From the human T2T-CHM13v2.0 reference genome, Homo sapiens: 64,000 nt of DNA. Below, in pieces: positions 52,027 to 64,000 of the stretch. Each line of letters starts with the position of its first letter. Position 1 is the first letter of the stretch. The notes under the pieces are model-generated. The model worked only from the letters and a program-made list of their open reading frames with translations, was not told the DNA's origin and searched no databases. The DNA lies in the NCBI RefSeq assembly GCF_009914755.1, contig NC_060940.1, one strand, 5' to 3'. A program made the position numbers and the translations under genes.

Positions 52027-55000
52027 TGTTGCAGTATTTTTCTTTAGTTCAGCTAAAGATGGGGTTTTTTGTCTCACAGCCACAAAAATTCAGGCTCACA
52101 GACAATTTGAATGGTGAGTAAGACAGGGTTTTATTGGGTGGAAAGGGAAGAAAAGGGGGAAACAGGGACTCTTGCTAGGTCAGAGTCCCTGCTAGAGCAC
52201 TTCCCACCTGGCCATTCAAATCCCAGATTCCACACAGAAAGAGGAGGGGCCAGGCTCCTCCCAGCTGCAAAGTCACAAACTTGTGTGGCTCTTTCCAGTG
52301 AGCAGGCCAGTTGGAGAGGTTGGAGGTTCTCTGGGGATCCCCCTCCCACCTAGCTGTCTCATTCCCACCTCTAAAAAAGTACATCTAACTGCCATTAGAT
52401 TAAGGAAAAGGACAAAGACTGATCTTAACTGCTTCCTGCTGACAGGGGATGCTGTTTTGGGGAAATGACAGTCAGAGCTCCCTCAGAGGTCTATCTAAGG
52501 GTTCCCAGCAGAAGGGACCATCATCCCAGGCTCCAGTTATATGACTGTTTGGAGTTTGATGGTCTGAAGGCAAGAACAGACAAACTAGGTTATTAGAAAA
52601 CATGTATCAGAACGAAACAAGGGGAAGGGGAAGGACAGCTCAAAAATTTCAAAGCCTTTTACCAGTTTGCACAGGGAGAGGGAGACCAAAAGCCTGACTG
52701 GCAAAAAAACTTTACCTTTTGCCAGCATGTTGGGCTTCTGGGTTCCCTTCCCTTGAGGCCAATCCTAAGCCCACCAGTTTAAGGTTTGGGAAATTAACTC
52801 TTTCCAGTTTGGAGGATGCATCTGAGGGGAGTGTCCCATACTATGGAGACACAATTACCTATCAGTGATGAGAGAACAGAGGAGGAGAAAGGAAAAAGAA
52901 GGCGTTTTTCAAAGGAGTCCGGGGGCTTCAGGATGCATTTGAAAGGGGTACAGACTGAAGATGAATGGCTATCCATCTAGAAAGAGGGGAGAAGTCACCC
53001 CTGGTTCCCTTCTCTTCCTAGCAGATACCTGGGGTACATGAAGGAGAGAGGGAAGAGCGTCTTCTTTCCTCTTCCATCCTGCATTCCCGAGTCCCCATGA
53101 CCTTGGCAGGCATGGCCATGAGTGCTAAAGCAGTTTGCACCCATGAAGCAGGGAGGGCCTAGAGAATAGGAATTATTCTCTCTCACCTATGCCTCTATCC
53201 CCCCTACTGTCAGTAGCCTTGGAGTTCCCTAGACCTCATTTATGCCATGGATTTTAACGTGGCCATTATCCATGAAACAGGAAGCTTGGGGTTGGCTTAA
53301 TCGTCAGGAATCAGCCATGCTCACCTGCACTGTGCCTTTTAATTACTGTTGTCATTTGACTCTGGATTCCTCAGATTCAGTTTTCCTTTCCAGGGCTTTG
53401 ACATGATGCTTGGAATTGAGTTTGGGATAAAAATGTGTCTCGGGGGGATTGCATGGACTCCTTACTATAAGCTGAATGCTAAGGTGAAACTGTGGAACTG
53501 AGTCCTCCTCCAACAAGGGAAAGAAGAGGATGTCTTGTGACATGCCCAGATAACTGGTGGCTATAGTTATGTTTGCCAGGATTTGGGTGCATTGTGCTTG
53601 GCTTTGGTTAGCTCCCTTGGTCTTACTTTCCCAAAAAGGAAACCTCTGGGTGATGGGCACCCTCTTTATTCCCATCACCTGGCAGGATTTGCGAGATAAT
53701 TGCTCAGAACTAGAATATTGATCCAGATTTTTACATTAGCCATCCCTTTTGCTCTTTCTGAGTTGCAGTCGGAGATTACTGGTTAGTTCACAGGAACAAG
53801 CAGGGTTAGTCTAAAATGTAGGTGAAAACTTAAAAACAACTAGTGAGTTTAGAATTTAATGACAAACATATAAGTTTTGACACATGATTTCTCTCTCTCT
53901 AGTCCACATGTTTGTTAAAAAAAAAAATCATCATAGGACTGAGTGGTTTGCAGAATAGACTTCAGTCTTATACTTAGCCTGATTATTTGCATAAAGTGCA
54001 GCAAGAATAACTATTTCTACATGGCCTTTTGGATTCGCTTTGATGGAAATTTGTTCCACAGGAATCTCAGATAAGAAGACATTTTAAAGCCAAGGCTAGC
54101 CATGGATTTATCCTCAAATTCCCGTGAGTTGGGTGATCCTTTCCTCTTAAGGTCCCAAGATAAAGTTGGAGATCCTGGATGTGTTAGAAAGTGACGTTCT
54201 TTACTGACCCCAAGTCAGGAACCCTGTACAGGGACTGCGTAAGCAAGGGTATGAAGCCAGTTTCCCCCCTGGGCTTTTATTGGCTCTGCAAGTTGAGATT
54301 GACTCCTTAAAGGGAAACATACCCTTCCAGTCAAAGCCTTGGTAAAATAACCACTTTCTCCAATTGTGTCCTGTTGCAAAAGAAAACTGGATTCTTATTT
54401 GCACTGATGCAAACAACCATATTGCCGTAATTTAAGAATACTCACACATAGTTTCCAAATTCTACAGGAACCAGGTGGAGAGAAACAGACGTGCTCCAAA
54501 TTTTGTTTCCAGGAGTATACCTTGCTCAATTATTAAAGGCCATAAATAGTTCAAAATAAGTTTCCTTGACTCTGAAAAACAAAACAAGGATTAGCAATGT
54601 TCCAAGCAAAAGTCAGAAAGGTTTCTTCAGCTTTTTGAGTTCAGTCCATTTAGTTAACTCTTGTTTTGCTTGATATTTGTGAACATTTCAGCTCTTTATG
54701 AGTCCTATACATTTTCCTTTATCCAATGGTACAATCTCTAAAGTTATCAGAAGTTTGTATTTGAGAGCACCTGTTAAAGTTCTATAGCTCATTATAAACT
54801 GTCTTTGAAAAGGATTAAAACAGGACAACAAATGTCTGTGAAGAGCAAAATGTCCAGGGTAGTTACAGTTAGAAACAAAATTGACAAAGAAGTTTGGTTA
54901 CCTCCATGGTTTACAACAACATAACATAAAAACCTTAATTATGATTGATAGCATATACTCAGACACAAGAATTTTAGAAATCCCATATAATTTTGGAACA

Positions 55001-57102
55001 TATATTAGCATTATTTACCAAAAATATAATCTAAAGAAGATTGAACATCATTTTGGCAATCCCATGTACCTAAACATGTCAAATAATCCTGTTTACCTCT
55101 CTTTTCTGGACACTTATGGGCCCTCTGAAACATCTGAAAAGCCAGGTGTTAGGAAAGACAATTTTGAAATTTCAGTTTGATTTTGGGACGCCTTTTAAAT
55201 ATGTTTAAAGCACTTGATATTATGAAATAGAATTCCAGGTTACCATAAGTTATTTATTTTGCCAAAATAATGACTCAGAAATTTAAAAGAAGCAAAAACC
55301 TTTTATAACCCTTTATGAATTTTGCCAAAGAGCAGATTGGCATTTTAAGAATACCTTGTTGTGTTTTTATTTCAATTCTCAATTTACAGAAAAACCATAT
55401 AATACCCTTTTGAATTTAATTAATATGTTCACACAGAGAACCTTTTCTGCAAGATTAATCTCCACAATTCTTCCACCACTTCTTTGAACTTTCAGCTTTT
55501 TCCTATCTAATTTAAAACAATCCTTTAACCCTAGGCAAAAATGTATATTTCCATGCCTTCTTATAACCTTTTACAAAAAAAAAAAAAAACCCACATCGTA
55601 CTGTTCTTACACATCTTGCACGTAAATCTATTTCCAGTAGTTTCAATTACATGTTATAATGGTAACCCCTAGCAATTTTTAACTTTAATTTAAAACCTGG
55701 CAAGTTGTTTTAATTGTGTGCTAAGTACAGATAAGTTTTGACTCCACTATAATTAAGGGTATGGTTAGTTGCATAGGTCCCCAGGCCTTACCAGTTGTGA
55801 AGCTGGCAAGTCAAATAGTTCTCAAAACCCAAAAAGCAGTTTGTAACCTCAAAACACTTAGCAAACCTAGCATTTGACCTGCATTATTTTGTCCACCTAC
55901 TCACATTTTAATGACATCTGCTTTTTACAAATAATCTTTAAGACTGTTTTTATTTCTCAAAGATTAAAGTCATGTGAACTGAAAGGTACCACAGCTTTTA
56001 TCTCCCCTTTAAAAAACATTAGATGCAAGCGCTTGTCTTTCTTTAGGCCAAATTAATTAGAGCTCTTTTACAGACATCACATATAATACACACACAGACA
56101 GGCAGAAGAAAACCCAGTCCTCTGGGTAGGGCCCTTTAACAGAAAAGGCTAGGAAAACATGCAAATATCAAACCAGAAAGAAACTTATTCCCTAAGGCAG
56201 GACTGCTAAACAAAGCCTTGCCACCACAGTTACAAGCCATGCCCTTGGGATGTAAAACAAGATGGAGGCTTGATTTCACAACTAAAACTTTGCAGAAAAT
56301 ATAAACAGTGATAGCTTTGGGGACTGGCCTAGTAAAAACGATTTCTAAAAGAAAGAAAAAAAAACTTTAAAGGTTAACTGCTGATAGGGTGGACAATAGG
56401 AAAGAAAAATAAACAGTTTAAAAATGCCTGGGGAAGAATGTCTTATTCTTATGCAAGTGGTTCCTCCACCAGGGAGACAAGTTTAAGCTTAATTACTGTC
56501 TGGTAGAATTAAACTCCTTGGCTAGGGAAAGGGAAGGCCACGGCAGGTGGCACGTGGCTGGGAACCAGCCAGCCAGCTGAACCCTTGGGCCATGCATCCC
56601 AGCCCCATGAGGGAGTGGGGAGCAGCGGGGAGCTGCTGCTTTCTGGTGCATCCCAAAAGAGGAAGGAAAAAGCCATGAGCATTAAAAGGCTCGGAAGGGA
56701 GAGAGAAAAATAATTCTTGATTTGCATCTCACTCACCACTTCTCAGGCCCCACATTGGGTGCCAAAAATGTCGCAGGGCTTTTCCTTAGTTCAGCTAAAG
56801 ATAGGGTTTTTTGTCCCATGATCATGAAAATTCAGGCTCACAGGCAATTTGAATGGTGGGTAAGACAGGGTTTTATTGGGTGAAAAGGGAAGAAAAGGGG
56901 AAACAGGGACTCTTACTGGGCCAGAGTCTCTGTTAGAGCACTTCCTACCTGGCCATTCAAATCCCAGTTTCCACACAGAAAGAGGAGGGGCCAGGCTTCT
57001 CCCTGCTGCAAACAGCACAAACTTCTGTGGCTCCTCCCAGTGTGCAGGCCAGTTGGAGAGGCTGGAGATTATTGAGGGACCTCCTCTCACCTGGCTGTCT
57101 AA
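52027..57102 (-). mobile_element. MER61A-type class I (ERV1) non-autonomous provirus with two LTRs
   Basis: LTRs 52027-52361 and 56769-57102, 4-bp TSD CTAT, PBS, PPT; the flanks rejoin into a MIR; the 4.4-kb interior has only gag remnants. Confidence 0.85.
56747..56764 (-). other. Primer binding site, tRNA-Lys-like
   Basis: TGGCACCCAATGTGGGGC, two CpG-type mismatches to the Lys(CUU) PBS. Confidence 0.8.
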
Positions 57103-57764
57103 CTATTATTGCCCTCATTTTACAGATGAAGAAACTGAGGCAGAGAGATTAAGTAATTTGCCCAAGATTATGAAGCTAGTAAGGATATAGCAGACCTGGA
57201 ATTCAAAGTCAAATAGTATGGCTTCAGAGTCCCTGCACTTAACTACTATGTTAATTAAGTAATTCATTGAATTATTTCTTATTACATGTTGGCTGTTGCT
57301 GTCATCATTATTATTTTCTTTTTCACCTTTTAACATTAAAAAAAATTTTTTTTGAGACAGGGTCTCGCTCCATTGCCCAGGCTGGAGTGCAGTAGTGCAG
57401 TCATAGTTCATGACAATCTCAAACTCCTGGGTTCAAGCAGTCCTCCTGCCTCAGCCTTCTAAGTAGCTGGGGACTATAGGCCTCTGCCATCATGCCCCCA
57501 TTATCCTTGATTCTATTTACAAAGCAGAAAAGATCAAATGGACAGATAACTGTATTATATACAAGAAATTAGACTTGCCATGTGACCTCCCAACTTTGAC
57601 TTTGACTCAGATGCTCACTGAAGCATTATTTCCTTAGGGAAACCTTCCCTGACACTGGGAGAATGCCCCTAATTATAAATTCTTACAACATTATATACCT
57701 CTTCTTGGTTGCAATAATCATAATTACATTTATGTCATTGTAAGGACATAATGACATTTCAATA

Positions 57765-59640
<1,876 letters not shown>

Positions 59641-59719
59641 AGAGGACTTGCATCTCTCAGGATTAGATGATGTGGCTCTTGGCCAGAGTTTTGGAGAGCA
59701 CAGCCCTGGCCCATGAGCC

Positions 59720-60450
59720 TGCTGGGTCCTCCGAGCGCCGCCCCACCCAGGCCTGCGCGGCGTCTGGTGGCCATCAGGTAAGGCTGGGTCATGGAAAGAA
59801 AGAATGAATGCAGACTACGGGCGGTGAATAGAGGTCTCGGATGCCAGCAGGCGTCCCAACCCAGCAGGAACTGGCTCAATTCTCAGAAGAAAGCGATCGG
59901 CCCCGAGGCAGGAAGGCCGGCTCCGGTGCAGGGCGCGCCGCCTGCGGGCTGCTTCGGGCCAGGGTCGACCCGAGGGCCAGCGCAAGCAGCGGCAACAGGA
60001 GCGCCAGGAGGTGAGGCGGGTTCGCCAGGAGTGGGGCCAGCGCCCGGGCTGCCAGCCTAGCAGGGGCGTCTTGGCGGAGCCCCCTCGCCGGCTCCCAGAG
60101 AGGCTGGGAAGAACTGGGAGGGGTGTCCCCAATGCGGGGCGCCCAAGCGTGGCAGCACGGGCTGGGAGCGGGGAGCCAGCGGGGTGCGGCGCCGGAGTGC
60201 GGGGAGAACCACCAGGCGCCGGAATTGGGGAGCACGTGGAGGGGGCAGCGGCTCCAGCCCCAGACCGCCGCGCTCTGTCACTTTGCATTAAGAAAGCTTC
60301 CGGGGAATGCACACGGCCTGGCCGCCGCCTTCGTGCAGCCCGCCCTGCAGGTGCAGGAAGAAAAGAATAATCGCACCCGTTTCTCAGGTGCTTACTTCAC
60401 CATGTCCGATCCGGTAAGTTTTTTATCTGAGCAGCGGCCTGGGTGAGAGC
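59720..60450 (+). promoter_or_regulatory. TMC5: CpG-island promoter and non-coding first exon(s) of a cellular gene, probably TMC5
   Basis: Very GC- and CpG-rich unique DNA, GC box, + strand donors at 59778, 60011 and 60414. The gene name rests only on a recalled 16p12.3 HML-9/TMC5 layout, not on coding sequence. Confidence 0.6.
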
Positions 60451-61314
60451 GAACATGAGCTTTGGAAGCGCACTATTTGTGTGTTGTGCATCTCTGGACA
60501 GGTTACTTATGCTCTCTGGGCTCCAGTTTCCACACCTGTTTAAAAAAACAAAAGGAAAAAGAAAGGTTAAAATTAGACTTCCCTCACAGAGATTCTGTGA
60601 GCCTTGTTTGCTTCCTAAATGTTAGATGTTGTTATTTCTCCTGGGGTAATCTACGAAATAGGGTCTCCTGGTCCTATTTTACCCTTGGGAGATCCAGTTT
60701 CAGACAGTTAAGTAACTTGACCACAGCAATTAAATGGAAACTGTGGGATTTGAACTCAGGAAGTCAAACTCCGGAGACTGAATATTATCTAATCCAGGTC
60801 CCACCATTTCTCAGAAGGGTGAACTTGGGTTTGCCACTTCTGGGATCCTTTTCCCTATCTGTGAAACAGGTGCAATAATAGTAGCTTGCCTATGGGGTTG
60901 TGAAGATCTACTGAGCTAACCCACATACGTGTCCCCCTACTAATGTGTGCATTCCAGAAGGGTAGGATTTTTTTTGTTTTGCTTGCAGATACATCCCCAG
61001 TGCCTGGCACACAGTAGATGTCCTATAAATACTTGTTGAATGAATAAGGGGCATGTGTTACCTTTTATCCTTTCAATAACCCCTGCTAGTTCCAGACTGC
61101 AGATTAGGAGACAAAGGTTCAAAGAGGTTGAATAAGTCACCCCATGTTACCTGGGTGGTCTGTAGAGGAGTCTGTGTGATCTTGACATGCAATCCAGGTT
61201 CCATCACCTCCTAGCACAGTGAATGTGGCAGTTATCTGATTCTTCTGTGCCTCAGTTTCCTTATCTGTAAAATGAGGACAATAATGGCACCTATCCTATA
61301 GGGTTTTTGTGGGA

Positions 61315-62900
<1,586 letters not shown>

Positions 62901-63849
62901 TTAACATAATCATAGTCTTTCATGCCTGTTCTGCTTACCATGTGTCTGATATTGTGCTTAGTCCCAGCCCTAGTCATCTACAGAACTCAGGCTCCAGAGC
63001 CAGACCTCCTGGGTTAAAATCCTGCCTCTGCCACTTTCTTGCCTCTGCCACTTTCTTGCTGTGTGACCTTGGGCCAAGTTACTTAACCTCTCTGTGCTTC
63101 AAATGACTCATCTGTAAACTGGGATGATTCTAGTAGTACCTAACTCATAGGGCTGCTGTGAGGATTAAATACAACCCACACATAGACGGTGACAGAACAA
63201 TGTAAGGATAAATGTTGGCCACTTACGTATTACAATGACTTCCATTTTATAGCTGAGGAAACTGAGTCAGGCTCAGGGAAATTCATAACCCATCCAATGA
63301 CATAGAACTATCCTTCCTGTTCCAGCGTCTGCTCATTTATTTTCATTTCCCTCTTAATTCATGCCCCCCTCATTGTACCCCCTAATTCAATCATCAGCCT
63401 CTATCTAGGGTCCCTGCTTTCTGTGTCTGGGGCTCCCACATCTGCTGCTTCCAGAAGGTTCTCCCTCTTTCTCACTTCCCAAACTTGAGGAGCTCCCAGT
63501 GACCTTGGAAATAGATCTTTTTCTTTGACTGTTCCTGTTGTTTTCTCCAATTACTAACACAATACTCATGCAAATTATTTTAAAAATTTATTTATAAAAA
63601 TATTTTCATAGAAGGTGAAAAACTCTGCTAATTCACCCTCTGGTGATAACTGCTGCTTGGAGTTTCATGTGTGTTATTCCAGATTTCTCCCTCTCCTCCT
63701 GGGTGTAATAATACAGATTATTTTTACTTATCTTTTAAAAAGATGTGACCGTGCTATTCATACTGTGTGCAATTCACAGGAGACAATTTTCAAGATTTCA
63801 CTTATTTTTTGAAAAAGTTACACTGCCACGTGGTATAAAACCCCAAAGA

Positions 63850-64000
63850 GACCAGGCACAGTGGCTTGTAATCCCAGAACCTTGGGAGGCTGAGGCGGGA
63901 GGATCGCTTGAGATCAGGAGTTCGAGACCAGCCTAGGCAACATAGGGAGACCACCCCCCGATCTCGACAAAAAAGAGAAATTAGGTGGGCATAGTGGTGA
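63850..64000 (+). mobile_element. Alu, truncated by the window end
   Basis: gaccaggcacagtggcttgtaatcccag... Confidence 0.85.

Noticed and set aside
52027-52361. p53 site in the MER61 LTRs
   Set aside because: No RRRCWWGYYY pair is visible in these short MER61A-type LTRs.

Overview
Primate (most likely human) genomic DNA that is almost entirely transposon-derived: roughly 70 Alu copies or fragments, L1M/L2/MIR pieces, MaLR LTRs and DNA transposons. No intact cellular protein-coding exon is recognisable, and nearly all ORFs in the supplied track are Alu/LTR artefacts. The centrepiece is a complete but decayed 8,572-bp class II betaretroviral provirus on the minus strand (42816-51387; LTR14C/HERV-K HML-9-like). 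It has two LTRs, a GGGAA target-site duplication (TSD), a Lys PBS, a PPT and gag/pro(dUTPase)/pol/env remnants. It sits in a ~20-kb ERV cluster (solo ERV1 LTR, LTR12, a two-LTR MER61A-type provirus, an LTR10) that ends at a CpG-island promoter (~59720-60450). From memory this layout fits 16p12.3 upstream of TMC5; that placement is unverified. Best novel candidate: the provirus keeps all four splice sites and the two-exon architecture of a Rec-like RNA-export accessory gene. Exon 1 encodes NLS-like and NES-like motifs, and exon 2 is 18 codons, the same length as in HML-2 Rec. In this copy a 1-nt frameshift leaves an 82-aa signal-peptide-only ORF. Repeat subfamily names come from recalled consensus sequences, and all counts were done by hand.
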